From Cyanidioschyzon merolae (lineage: Eukaryota), in assembly GCA_000091205.1 (NCBI GenBank), contig AP006499.2: a DNA stretch of 64,000 nt; one strand, written 5' to 3'. The position numbers were made by a program, and so were the translations under genes. This document shows positions 54,131 to 64,000 of this stretch, piece after piece. The first letter of the stretch is position 1. Every line of letters begins with the position of its first letter. Below the pieces are notes generated by a model, which saw nothing but the letters and a program-made list of their open reading frames with translations, ran no database searches and was not told the origin of the DNA.

Positions 54131-56251
54131 ATGGCGCAAAACACTGGACAAGAGACTTATGAGTTCCAGGCGGAGATCAATCAGCTCATGTCGCTGATTG
54201 TCAACGCGCTGTACTCGAGTCGCGACGTGGCGCTGCGAGAGCTGATTAGCAACGCCTCTGATGCGCTGGATAAACTTCGTTACTTATCTCTGTCGGACAA
54301 GTCAGTCTTGGATGCCGATGAGAAGATGGAAATCTACATCAAAGCAGATAAAGAGGCGAAGACACTGGAGGTGCGCGACACTGGTATCGGGATGACCAAG
54401 TCAGACCTCGTGACAAACCTCGGCACGATTGCCAAGTCTGGCACGAAGAGCTTCATCGAGGCGCTCCAGGCCGGAGCGGACGTTTCGCTCATCGGGCAGT
54501 TCGGTGTCGGGTTCTTGTCCGCTTTCCTTATCGCAGATGTCGTGGAAGTGCGCACCAAGCATAATGATGATGCGGGCTACATCTGGGAGTCCTCAGCCGG
54601 TGGTACGTTCACTATTCGACCGGATCCTGAACCGCTCAAGCGAGGAACTGCCGTGATTTTGCACTTGAAGGATGATCAGTTGGAGTACCTGGAAGAGCGT
54701 CGTATTAAGGAAATCGTCAACCGACATTCTTCCTTCATTCAGTATCCTATTTTCTTGTACAAGGAGGTGGAGAAGGAGGTGGATGCGGATGAAGACGACG
54801 AGAAAATGGAGGATGTTGACAAAGCTAAGGAAGAGGGTGATGTCGAAGAGATCAAAGAGGAAGAGGAGAAGAAGGACAAGAAGAAGAAAAAGAAGGTGAA
54901 GACGGTCGAGTGGGTGCAGCTGAACAAGACCAAAGCGATCTGGATGCGGCGTCCAGAGGAGGTTTCTCGAGAAGACTACAACGCATTCTACAAGGCGATT
55001 ACCAACGACTGGGAGGACCCGCTCGCAATCAAGCACTTCTCCGTGGAGGGCCAAGTCGAGTTTACAGCGTTGCTGTTCTGCCCACGCCGAGCACCCTTCG
55101 ATTTATTCGAGCCTCGAAAGAAGCTCAACAATATTAAGCTGTACGTTCGGCGCGTCTTTATCATGGATAACTGCGAGGATCTCATCCCAGAGTACCTGAA
55201 CTTTGTCAAGGGCGTCGTCGACTCCGAAGACCTGCCGCTCAATATTTCCCGCGAAATGCTCCAGCAGAACAAGATCTTGAAGGTCATGAAGAAGAATATC
55301 GTGAAGAAATGCCTTGAAATGTTCAGTGACCTCGCGGAAAACAAGGAAGATTTTAAGACTTTCTATGAGCAGTTCAGCAAGAACATCAAGCTTGGTATCC
55401 ATGAGGACACTGCGAACCGCTCGAAACTAGCAGAGCTGTTGCGGTTCTACTCGACCAAGTCTCCGGACGAGTACACTTCGTTGAAAGAATACGTATCTCG
55501 CATGAAGGAGGGCCAGAAAGCCATCTACTACATCACAGGTGAAAGCAAGAAGGCGGTTGAGAACTCGCCTTTCCTGGAGAAGCTGAAGAGGCGCGGTTAC
55601 GAGGTCTTGTTCATGACAGAGCCTATCGACGAGTACTGTGTACAGGCCCTGCGAGAATACGACGGTAAGAAGCTTGTCTGCGCCACGAAGGAAGGTCTCC
55701 AGCTCGAGGAAGACGAGGAAGAAAAGAAGCGGCGTGAAGAGGAGGCTGCGCGCTTCGCGAATCTGCTCAAAGTGATGAAGGATATTCTAGGAGACCGTGT
55801 CGAGAAGGTCATTCTCAGTGAACGGCTCGCAGACTCGCCATGCATTTTGGTAACGAGTGAGTTCGGTTGGTCCGCCAACATGGAGCGTATCATGAAGGCG
55901 CAAGCGCTTCGAGATAGCACCATGTCCATGTACATGAGCGCCAAGAAGATCATGGAAGTGAACCCGAGCAACCCCATCATTCGTGAGCTGCGAGACCGAG
56001 TCGAAGCGGATCCCTCGGACAAGACAGTCAAGGACCTAGTCAATTTGCTATACGACACAGCGCTACTCGCGAGTGGTTTCTCCCTCGATGAGCCGAATAC
56101 ATTCTCGAGCCGCATCCACCGCATGATCAAGCTAGGTCTCAGCATCGACGAAGACGAGGAAGAGGAAACACCAGGTGTCACCATGGAGAATGGTGCAGTC
56201 GAGTCAGGCACTGGCGATGCCGTCGAGAGTGCCATGGAGGAAGTCGACTGA
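54131..56251 (+). CDS. HSP90: Heat shock protein 90, cytosolic type (C-terminal MEEVD)
   Basis: Signature blocks [19 protein letters not shown]-like ([24 protein letters not shown]), LGTIAKSGT and [13 protein letters not shown] are present, with a charged linker and a C-terminal MEEVD TPR-binding motif. Confidence 0.95.
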   Translation: MAQNTGQETYEFQAEINQLMSLIVNALYSSRDVALRELISNASDALDKLRYLSLSDKSVLDADEKMEIYIKADKEAKTLEVRDTGIGMTKSDLVTNLGTIAKSGTKSFIEALQAGADVSLIGQFGVGFLSAFLIADVVEVRTKHNDDAGYIWESSAGGTFTIRPDPEPLKRGTAVILHLKDDQLEYLEERRIKEIVNRHSSFIQYPIFLYKEVEKEVDADEDDEKMEDVDKAKEEGDVEEIKEEEEKKDKKKKKKVKTVEWVQLNKTKAIWMRRPEEVSREDYNAFYKAITNDWEDPLAIKHFSVEGQVEFTALLFCPRRAPFDLFEPRKKLNNIKLYVRRVFIMDNCEDLIPEYLNFVKGVVDSEDLPLNISREMLQQNKILKVMKKNIVKKCLEMFSDLAENKEDFKTFYEQFSKNIKLGIHEDTANRSKLAELLRFYSTKSPDEYTSLKEYVSRMKEGQKAIYYITGESKKAVENSPFLEKLKRRGYEVLFMTEPIDEYCVQALREYDGKKLVCATKEGLQLEEDEEEKKRREEEAARFANLLKVMKDILGDRVEKVILSERLADSPCILVTSEFGWSANMERIMKAQALRDSTMSMYMSAKKIMEVNPSNPIIRELRDRVEADPSDKTVKDLVNLLYDTALLASGFSLDEPNTFSSRIHRMIKLGLSIDEDEEEETPGVTMENGAVESGTGDAVESAMEEVD

Positions 56252-56315
56252 GCGTCTTTATCGGATTGGGCGCGCCCACTGGCACATCATTCCCAGGTGC
56301 TGGATATCTGTATGA

Positions 56316-56342
56316 GCTGCTGCTGCTGCTGCTGCTGCTGCT
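56316..56342. repeat. (GCT)9 microsatellite in the Hsp90 3' flank
   Basis: gctgctgctgctgctgctgctgctgct lies 65 bp after the Hsp90 stop. Confidence 0.9.
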
Positions 56343-56467
56343 AGTGGCGAGTTCGAGCATTGGCACTGGGAAAAGCAAACACGCTTGGTCAGCGACTGCA
56401 TGAGCGCAACTGAGAACGTGGTTTTTCCAGTTTAACGTCGTCGAAATGGCACACACGCACACGGTCA

Positions 56468-57840
56468 GTAAAACGAAAACGTTTCACAACCATGGAAAGG
56501 AAAAATATCTACCCACGCGCGGACGCCTCCCAGACCTTTTTTGACAGGCCGACTTGTATCGGTTTGAGCTTCTCCTCGTAAACCTCTTGCCTAAGCGACT
56601 GCTCCATAAAATGAGGTTGCGTCAGCTCGGCGAGTCCCGTCTTGAGCACCGCACATCGTCTGATATTGATGGCGGCATTGAAGTCTCGATTCACGAACTC
56701 CATGTATATACTGACACTGGTGGAACTCACCAGCGCAAGGATTGCTCAAAGTCGTGCGCGCTGGGCCCTTTGGTGCTCTGTCAGCTCTCCGTGATTTTCT
56801 AGCTCCAAAGCGCTCCGCTGCATTTTCTCCATCTTGACATTTTCGAGTGTACACCAAAGATCGTACTTTTATTTTTTTTTAAATGAACGCACTTCTTTAT
56901 GGCCTTCGGTAAGGGCTCTCCCGGGGGAGGAAGCTTTTGCGGAAGCAAGACGTCATGTGCCCCGGTGAGTCACCGTATGCTGGACGCCTCAGCGATTCGC
57001 CCAGTAGAGCAATTATAACGTTTCACGATAGAAAACACTCCTTCAGTGAGGTTGAACTACGGCGAGTACGGAGGACCGAAAAGCAGCTCTGCCCGGATAG
57101 CATTGGTAAAGCTCGAACGCAAACGGAATGATGAAATGCGACGTTGTCCAGTTGAAGGATGTCGGCAGACGCCACGGGAAGAGTCATCAATGATTCAACA
57201 AAGTGGGTGCTTTTCTTGTATGAGCCGTCTCTACGAGCGAAACTGAGGTCGTAAAATGAAACCACGGCACCTAGAAGCTGCGATGATATCGTTCTCGTTC
57301 TCTTCGAGTTCGATTGTAGATAGAACGGGCTCCATTCAACTCAAGTACCCGTGTGCGCCTCAACCGTTTCGTGTGAAGCAATTCTAGTCGTCTGAAACAA
57401 ACCAAATTTCCTCTGCTTCATACCGATTGCGACGCTCCAGGGAACTGTTTTTGCGATTTCGGTGGATAATGCCCATGCGTGAACTAGGACTCTGTTTCTG
57501 CGACGGTATCCCAGTGCATTCAGGACCAAACGAACAAGATGTTGAGAAACAGAGACGCCAGTGGTGGCTAGTATCATCGCTTTTGCTTCCCGGAAGATGA
57601 TTCACGGGTCGTTTTGAACCACTGACCGCAAACAGTCTCTGATGGTACCAATTTTTGGTGCGGTGCGCATCTGCTTGTTTCTTTCAGTGTTCCTCAACCA
57701 TCTGAGTACTGTGGTATGATCGAGCAAAAGAAGGAATGCAGTGCTCCTAGCACTGATTCGTAAAGAATACATCCTAGAGACAAGTCGTCTCCGAGCTATA
57801 CAATACATTGCATCGCGATTTCCATTTCCTAATATACACC
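56468..57840 (-). mobile_element. Degenerate TnpB/Fanzor-like element, copy C (~1.37 kb), inserted ~215 bp downstream of Hsp90
   Basis: Minus ORF 56509..56730 contains MEFVNRDFNAAINIRR. The body at 56875-57840 aligns with copies A and B, with minus-strand translation ...VKRYNCSTGRIAEAS. The tail 'aaaacgaaaacgtttcacaaccatggaaaggaaaaatatctacccacgcgcggacgcctcccagacctttttt' is at 56468-56540. Confidence 0.55.
56509..56730 (-). pseudogene. TnpB/Fanzor-like nuclease C-terminal fragment (RuvC-III motif; zinc-finger cysteines lost)
   Basis: EFVNRDFNAAINIRR. Confidence 0.5.
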
Positions 57841-58289
57841 GCATCGAGGCTGGAGCAAATCTGAGCTGAAAGCCCAGAGGGGCTCTGCGCGAACCTGCCG
57901 CTTGCCCATTGGATCCGTTCGTTCCCGCGGCGGTGCTCAGCGCTCCTGCGCCGCATGGTATTCGGCATGCTGGCGCCTGACACACTAAGTGCGACGTGGC
58001 TGTTGGGGAGTCGACGCCACTCTCAGCGCAGGGCCTTGAACAAGCACCAGGTCGTAGAGAGTCTGCCCGCCTTGAAGCAGTGCGCCACAGACTCATTATT
58101 TCAGATCCAAATGGGACACTGGACTGAGCGCTCTGCTCTTGTCTTTCCATTTATTTTCCGAACTTTGTTTGAAGAAGTACAGCATCAACATTCGAGCTGC
58201 AGCGATCAGGGCTTTCGGACTCGTACGTGCGTTTCGGATCCTCAGTCGTGGCCTCGGAGTGGCTCATTCGACGCTTTGGCGCTGGTATT

Positions 58290-59290
58290 CGATACGTGAC
58301 CCGAATTAGGACGATTCGCGACGCCCGCGACCATGGGTTCCTAACATCATCCAAGTCATTATTTAATTCATACGTAGAAGCCTCCACGCGTCCCCGTTCC
58401 TTATGAATATCATGGACATAGCACGCATTCTTCAAGATTTTGTTTCTTCTGTTTCAAGGCAACGCTTGGGCAGAACGCTTCGCGCCGCTGAATGGACGAG
58501 ACGAAAACGCTCAACGTCGTCACTTGAGGGCCTGGTTCAAGAGTTCATCCTTAAAGTCCGCAGAGCTTTGGGCGGTCAAATAATCGATTCCGTTCGAAAC
58601 GCAGATCCCTCTCTCATTGTGATCATCGACGAAACGTGATGGCATACCAGCTAGAAACCTTTCACGGAACAAACTCCCGGAAACGCCCAGCGCTTCCGTT
58701 TCCATGTTAAAGGGTTTCGGACTCGGACCTGAGTCATCGCAGGGATCGCGTCTAGACGAGAATGCATCAGTGCGATGAACGTAAGGAACGTAAACAGACC
58801 GAAATGTTTAGACTCGTTCTCCAGCCTGGTTCCTCCTCACTGTACTTGTTTCAGCATGCGTGACATCGCGTTCCCGCACATGCTCCGAAGAATGGTACAG
58901 CGCGCACATGCGCAGCGCACAGCGTATTCACGGAAGGAATCGTCTAGAGGAAGCTAGTGATCGTAAGGTACTGCTACGCACGCGGAAACAGAGGAGGAGG
59001 CGGAGCGCATCCGGGCGAGCCTGCATGCACCATGGGGCGGCGCTCGTAGGCGACATTGTGGTGGCATATCGGGGCATTTGAAGACACGCTCTTGTGACCG
59101 CTGCGAAGCGCGCACCGCGACTATATGCAGCGAAGATGAATATGGCAAGCGAAGCGTAGATCACAACTGTTGCCTACACACGACATGCATAACCACAACG
59201 ACCGGAAACTGTGAAATCGGGACTTGCACCTCGCCATCAACATCCTTCGGCTGCTGATAACGGAGCTAGAGGAAACAGAGAGAGACCGGT
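58290..59290 (+). repeat. Diverged solo copy of family-X repeat
   Basis: Shares 'catcatccaag..at.....tacgtagaagcctccacgcg' (58333-58390) with the direct-repeat copies (24693-24735). Shares 'cgcttccgtttccatgttaaagggtttcggactcgg..ctgagtcatcg' (58693-58740) with IR arm R (44175-44265). Shares the core 'gaagatgaatatggcaagcgaagcgtagatcaca...catccttcgactgctgataacggag' (59135-59270) with all copies. Confidence 0.6.
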
Positions 59291-59533
59291 ACTTTTAAAA
59301 CCGGATATGAAACGAGGGAAATGGGATGCATTCGCCGACCAGACCCACAAAGGCGGAAACTCATGGCCAAGGGAAAGACACCCAACCTTTTGAGTCTGCC
59401 CCCGATTCGGCTGCGTGTACCCGTTCGATACGATGTTCACATGGTTGTTGCAGTGCAAGCACCTTGTCCAGCAAGTCCAGCCTTCAAGCTCACGCTCCGT
59501 TTTCTCGTGTAAAAGAGGCACGCTTGTTCATAC

Positions 59534-60550
59534 GTGTCGAGGATGAAACCCGCTGGAACGTTGTACCACGGTACCAAGAGCAGCACCAACAACACGAACA
59601 ACAACAAGCCAGTTCATGCGCTCAGCGAATGCTATGGAACCTTTGCCGAACGCGAGGCGCGCTGTGCTGCTGAACGCGATTACAGCAACGATTATCATTG
59701 CTGTGGCTGTCATCAACGCTTCCGCACTATGTTTCTTTCAAGGTCCGAGTATGATCGGGGGGTGAACACTTTTTCTCCGGAAGGACGTCTCTTTCAAGTT
59801 GAGTACGCTCTTGAAGCAATTAAACTGGGGTCCACTGCGGTGGGCATTCAGTGTGCGGACGGTGTCGTGCTCGCGGTCGAGAAGCGGGTGACGTCACCTC
59901 TGATCGAACCGCGTTCCATCGAGAAGATCGTGGAGATCGACACACACATTTGCGCGACCATGTCGGGTTTAACCGCTGATGCGCGGACACTGGTGCAGCA
60001 CGCGCGCACGGAGGCGCAGAACCACCGGTTCAACTACGAAGAGCCGATGCCAGTCGAGTCTGTCGCTCAGGCGGTTTGTGACTTGGCGCTGCGCTTTGGC
60101 GAGTCGGGTTATGGTGAAGACGATGGCGAAGACGAGGATGGTGGTGGGGGTGATGGAAGCGGCCAACGGGGCCGGAACAACGCCCCGGTTATGTCGCGCC
60201 CGTTTGGTGTTGCGCTTCTGCTCGCCGGCTGCGACGAACGCGGACCGGCGCTGTACACCACGGACCCCTCGGGCACGTATACACGCTGGCTTGCGAAGGC
60301 TATCGGCGCGGGTGGTGAGAGCGCTCAAGTCGTGCTTGAGGAGCGATACCGAAGGGATCTGTCGCTCGCCGAAGCCGAGGCAATCGCACTCCAAGTCCTG
60401 CGTCAGGTCATGGAGGAGAAGCTCGGCGCGAAGAATATTGAAATGGCGCGAGTAGTGCCTGATGGCAAGTCTGGTCGCTTTGAGCTTTACTCGATGGAAC
60501 GACTAAAGGCCTGTATTGAGAGCATGTCTATGACGGACTCGCCGAGATAG
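59534..60550 (+). CDS. PSMA5: 20S proteasome subunit alpha-5 (PSMA5/Pup2-like); the conserved protein begins at the ATG at 59729
   Basis: [41 protein letters not shown]...[13 protein letters not shown] matches alpha-5 nearly residue for residue. The upstream 65 codons of the ORF are unrelated. There is a Gly/Asp-rich insertion ([23 protein letters not shown]). Confidence 0.85.
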   Translation: MSRMKPAGTLYHGTKSSTNNTNNNKPVHALSECYGTFAEREARCAAERDYSNDYHCCGCHQRFRTMFLSRSEYDRGVNTFSPEGRLFQVEYALEAIKLGSTAVGIQCADGVVLAVEKRVTSPLIEPRSIEKIVEIDTHICATMSGLTADARTLVQHARTEAQNHRFNYEEPMPVESVAQAVCDLALRFGESGYGEDDGEDEDGGGGDGSGQRGRNNAPVMSRPFGVALLLAGCDERGPALYTTDPSGTYTRWLAKAIGAGGESAQVVLEERYRRDLSLAEAEAIALQVLRQVMEEKLGAKNIEMARVVPDGKSGRFELYSMERLKACIESMSMTDSPR

Positions 60551-61977
60551 CCTTTGCGGAATTGTTGGTAAACATTCATCCCGAGCAGCAGGAGAATTTG
60601 CGCTGCAAGCGTCGCAGCGCACGCTAGACCAGTAGTCTCCGCAGGCGCGGTAGCCGCTGCAACCGCCAGACCCGGAAAGGCAAGCTCGTACGCGAACGTT
60701 CGACGCACTCTCGGTGAATGGCCGGCAAGGCGTCCGCCAATCAGACCAAACAGGAGCCCTATCAGTGACATGAGCAACGACGCCACAAATACGCCTCGAC
60801 TGCCGCTCATCACGCGTGCCGTGCGAGACGATGCCATCGTTCCGAGGGTCAGCAGGGCGATGCTTATCCATGACACCGGACGGAGGACTCGACGTAGACG
60901 ATCCACCGGTGCCGGTGGTGCGAAAATGGCGCCAACGCAGCCCGCCAAGAGCGGCACCGTAACCAGTAGGACGTAGAGTGAAGCGTACCAGAGAATCGCC
61001 GGGGCTCCGGTGCTCGCTACCAGATAATCAGCGACACCCACGGAAGAGGGAAATCGCGCAACTGCCGCAGCGATCAGCAGCAGCAGCGGAATCGTCAGCG
61101 CGGATGCGGCCACAGAGCTGAATGTCATCATCGCTGCGAGCTCGCGAATCGTTGTGTTCGTCAGTGCTGCAATCCACAAGGTCGCATAGCCGCTTGGTGA
61201 GGCAGCGATCAGCAACAGCGATGAAACAGACGCAGCGTCGAGCTGGATTCCGAGCGGGAACACCAGCAGTGCCGTGGCGAGCGGCATCAGTAAGAGGCGA
61301 CCAAGCGTGGCCATAGCGATTGTTAGCGGCAATCGCTTGATATTTCCGAGCTCGTAGGAGCCCAGGGAAAGCCCCAACGCAAACGTAATGATAGCCAAGG
61401 AGGGATATCGAACTCTGGCCGAACTTGCAAACAGGAACCATCGGGGAAACACAAACGCGAGCGTTCCCAGGGCCAAGAGCGCACCGAGCAAGCGAAGGGC
61501 TAGCCGGGTATCTTTAGCGTGCGCGAGCGAGCCGTAGTAACTTGTTGGGCTGGAAAACGCCCCGCTATGGACTCGCTGTTGCAGGGACTTGTCCTGCATG
61601 TATAGAGTCTGCGTTAGACCGGGGAGCGAGCGCCCTGAGGCGTCGTCGCGCTCACGCGTGCCGCAGGCGAAACGCCATCGTCTGGCATGCCAGCCGGTCA
61701 GAGGCGCTTGCGACGCACGAGCTGAATCCAGAAAGCGCTCCCGGGAGCGGCTCACAGAAACACCGGTCGCGACCGGTTTCCGATCGGCTTGCGTAGCGCT
61801 GCGCCAGCAGCACCACGCTGGCGCCGACTGCAGTTTACACAGGAGCTTGACTTGAAACATGTTTCGTTTGCTGGAGTTCAGAGCTGCTACATGGAACTGG
61901 ACACATATCCAGAACCCTTGTGGTGTAGAGGTATCTGCAAAGGACCAAGCACACGACCCCTTCCCGCCGTTCTCCAA
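60487..61977 (-). CDS. BASS/SBF-family (bile acid:sodium symporter-like) membrane transporter, possibly organellar
   Basis: [14 protein letters not shown]...[16 protein letters not shown]...[47 protein letters not shown] parallels the SBF consensus (MGLSL..EDF...LMPLLGF...CCPGGTASNVFTYLA...SISMTAVSTLLAPFLTPLL). Multiple TM helices. N-terminal ~150 aa are non-membrane, so the start is uncertain. The 3' end overlaps the PSMA5 3' end by 64 bp. Confidence 0.6.
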   Translation of the reverse strand: MENGGKGSCAWSFADTSTPQGFWICVQFHVAALNSSKRNMFQVKLLCKLQSAPAWCCWRSATQADRKPVATGVSVSRSRERFLDSARASQAPLTGWHARRWRFACGTRERDDASGRSLPGLTQTLYMQDKSLQQRVHSGAFSSPTSYYGSLAHAKDTRLALRLLGALLALGTLAFVFPRWFLFASSARVRYPSLAIITFALGLSLGSYELGNIKRLPLTIAMATLGRLLLMPLATALLVFPLGIQLDAASVSSLLLIAASPSGYATLWIAALTNTTIRELAAMMTFSSVAASALTIPLLLLIAAAVARFPSSVGVADYLVASTGAPAILWYASLYVLLVTVPLLAGCVGAIFAPPAPVDRLRRVLRPVSWISIALLTLGTMASSRTARVMSGSRGVFVASLLMSLIGLLFGLIGGRLAGHSPRVRRTFAYELAFPGLAVAAATAPAETTGLACAATLAAQILLLLGMNVYQQFRKGYLGESVIDMLSIQAFSRSIE

Positions 61978-62482
61978 GGCGTCCTCTGACCTGCACCAGT
62001 GGCGGTGGCTAGTCGAACGCCACGTACGAGCGGAGTTGCGTCAGCGACAGGGCTAGGTTCGCATTCCGGACAAGGCTAGAACAAAACTGAATCATACAGT
62101 TTCTATATGTATGTAATAGATCAGAAATATATATAACTGGATATTATAAGACGTGCGCGCGGATCACACACGCGCAGCGGCTGGCAGGCATCATTGCGCG
62201 GGGGATTTCCCGCGCCACACCCCAGCAGCACCGCACGGACACGCTCGCAGCGCAAATCGTGCGGTCCAGCGCAGAACGTCGAGAAACAACGCGTATCGCC
62301 GCGTTCACGAACCTGACTCAAGCGGTGCACTACACAGAAAGTTCCTGTCTGTAAACCGAGTCCCTTCACCGTGCGGTATCCAGTGTCCTTGGTTTTCCGT
62401 GCCTGCAAGAAAGCTACGCACGGACGCTCTGTGCGCTGCAGCGACTTGGAGCGCAAAAACGGACCCGCGCGTTTAGGGTGCG

Positions 62483-63814
62483 GTGCGTTGCGGAGCGAAG
62501 CGTCTTCCCATGTCGGCGGTGCGTCCGAAACGCCAACGATCGCACAGGTCGACGGCACCCGGGTCAAGACGCAGTTCGTCCTCCCGTGTACCCGTGGGCA
62601 CTGTGAAGGCGGTCAACACGGAGGTACCGCCCTCCGCGACGTCGGGCGACGGCGAAGGCTCAGCTTGCGTCTCGGTGGACCGCTGCTGCAACGCTGCCGC
62701 CGAAGGTGACTGGACCACCTACCTCTCCAACGCAAAGCGAGTGCTGCGTGCGACCCTGGATCGTGGCACGCGTGTCCTCGATGGACACGCTCGCTCCACC
62801 GGTGACGCATGGCTCGTACTTCGCGCTTTCGTGGAGCGTGCTCACTTTGCGAATGCGAGTCAGCGCTTTCAAGAAGTGTACGCGGCGCTAGAGCGCTGTA
62901 TGCAAGACGCTGCGTTTCTCGGTATGCTTCTGTCCATCCTGCAGGCGGACATCGATCGAGACCTCACTGGAACTGTTGCGCAGAGCATCACACGCCTCGC
63001 TTTCGCCGAGAATGGCCGTGAACGTCTGGAAGCGGCCGGTTTCCTGGGAGCGTTATGGGAGGCCCGCTCACGATACCTGGCCAGGTGCGATTGGTGCGTC
63101 GTTGCCCATTTAAGTGAGGCGCTTGCTATTCTGGTCCAGTGTGATGCGAACGTGCAACGGCTGTTGTCAAGTGAACCCAACCCGACGATTCACATCGACG
63201 CCTTGCGTGCTGAAGTTCAAGACTCGACAGATGCCAGTGGGCCAGCGTTCGCACTGGAGGCCATCGTCGGCCTTGTTGCGTCACCTTCGTTTTCAGTGAC
63301 CGGTGCTATGGCAAAGTCCCTGAGCAAACTGGTGATACAGGTGACGCAAACGGCATTATCTGCTATGCGGACGCGCCCTCCTGCAGAGCATGGGTTTCTT
63401 ATAGACCGCGTTGTCGTGGCGAGCACACTTGCACAACGACTGGCTCGATCGAATCCGCAGGATGTTTTGAGCGAACTTTATGAGCAATGGCTGCCCTTGA
63501 TTGAGCAGACGATGACCGTGCAGGAGTTGGATGGTGCAATGCGATGGCGCCTCATGTCGAACGCGGCGGATATCGAATGGGTGCAGCGCCTTGGATGCAG
63601 CGAGAAGAGCGGCGATCGCACTGAAAAGGGCGATCTGCCGCTGTCATTGCATCCAAGCGACCGCACAAGCAAACAGGCAGATGCCGGTACCAGCATCGCC
63701 GGTAAAACGAGACTGAATCGGGCTGGGGCTTCATCAACTCAACGGGGACGAGGCCAACGAACGGGTCGCGGAGCTGGGCGTGCTCGCAGTGCGGGCGTCG
63801 AGGTTGCTTCGTAG
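62483..63814 (+). CDS. Hypothetical protein (Arg/Ser-rich N-terminus, alpha-helical middle, Arg/Gly-rich tail)
   Basis: 443-codon ORF with no recognised motif. Confidence 0.35.
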   Translation: MRCGAKRLPMSAVRPKRQRSHRSTAPGSRRSSSSRVPVGTVKAVNTEVPPSATSGDGEGSACVSVDRCCNAAAEGDWTTYLSNAKRVLRATLDRGTRVLDGHARSTGDAWLVLRAFVERAHFANASQRFQEVYAALERCMQDAAFLGMLLSILQADIDRDLTGTVAQSITRLAFAENGRERLEAAGFLGALWEARSRYLARCDWCVVAHLSEALAILVQCDANVQRLLSSEPNPTIHIDALRAEVQDSTDASGPAFALEAIVGLVASPSFSVTGAMAKSLSKLVIQVTQTALSAMRTRPPAEHGFLIDRVVVASTLAQRLARSNPQDVLSELYEQWLPLIEQTMTVQELDGAMRWRLMSNAADIEWVQRLGCSEKSGDRTEKGDLPLSLHPSDRTSKQADAGTSIAGKTRLNRAGASSTQRGRGQRTGRGAGRARSAGVEVAS

Positions 63815-64000
63815 TTCCGCTTGGGCCTCGGCGGCCTGTTTCAGTTTGGTGTTGAATTCTTGCGCCTCTTGGAGAAGGCGTTTTCGGATGCTATCCTCCC
63901 GTCCTGGTTGTGTTTTGGACGCTGAGCGCTGGCCTTGTCGAAGATGCTCTTCATGTCTGGTGAGAAGTCGATCTTCCAGGGCACAGATGCGTTCGCAGAG

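Overview
Read from sequence alone, this 64-kb window looks like a eukaryotic nuclear segment from a GC-rich (~55-60%), compact, intron-poor genome. Most genes are single uninterrupted ORFs with clear eukaryotic housekeeping identity: a Sec63-type J-domain translocon protein, a TDY-type MAP kinase, chorismate mutase, adenylosuccinate lyase, a CHD-type SNF2 chromatin remodeler, an NSUN-family RNA m5C methyltransferase, WDR33/Pfs2, a PreP M16C presequence protease, cytosolic Hsp90 ending MEEVD, proteasome alpha-5 and a BASS/SBF-family transporter. A nuclear sigma-70-type factor and several N-terminal extensions suggest a plastid-bearing host, possibly a red-alga-like lineage; I cannot name the organism. 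One tRNA-Asn(GUU) carries a canonical 37/38 intron followed by a T-run. The accessory content is more interesting. (1) Four degenerate copies of a ~1.4-kb element whose decayed coding remnant ends in an unmistakable TnpB/Fanzor-type zinc-finger plus RuvC-III C-terminus (CxxFVNRDxNAAxNI), each followed by a conserved ~200-bp non-coding tail in the position where the omega/guide RNA scaffold sits in IS200/605-type elements. (2) A second, ORF-less repeat family of ~1-1.4 kb present five times: a direct pair bracketing an aspartyl/asparaginyl beta-hydroxylase-like gene, an inverted pair bracketing the NSUN gene, and one diverged solo copy. All share a conserved ~150-nt core. I also note GCT and hexamer microsatellites, a ~110-bp tandem repeat upstream of the CHD gene, a possible in-frame insertion or intron in the sigma factor, and an unusual CHD plus FYRN/FYRC domain fusion.
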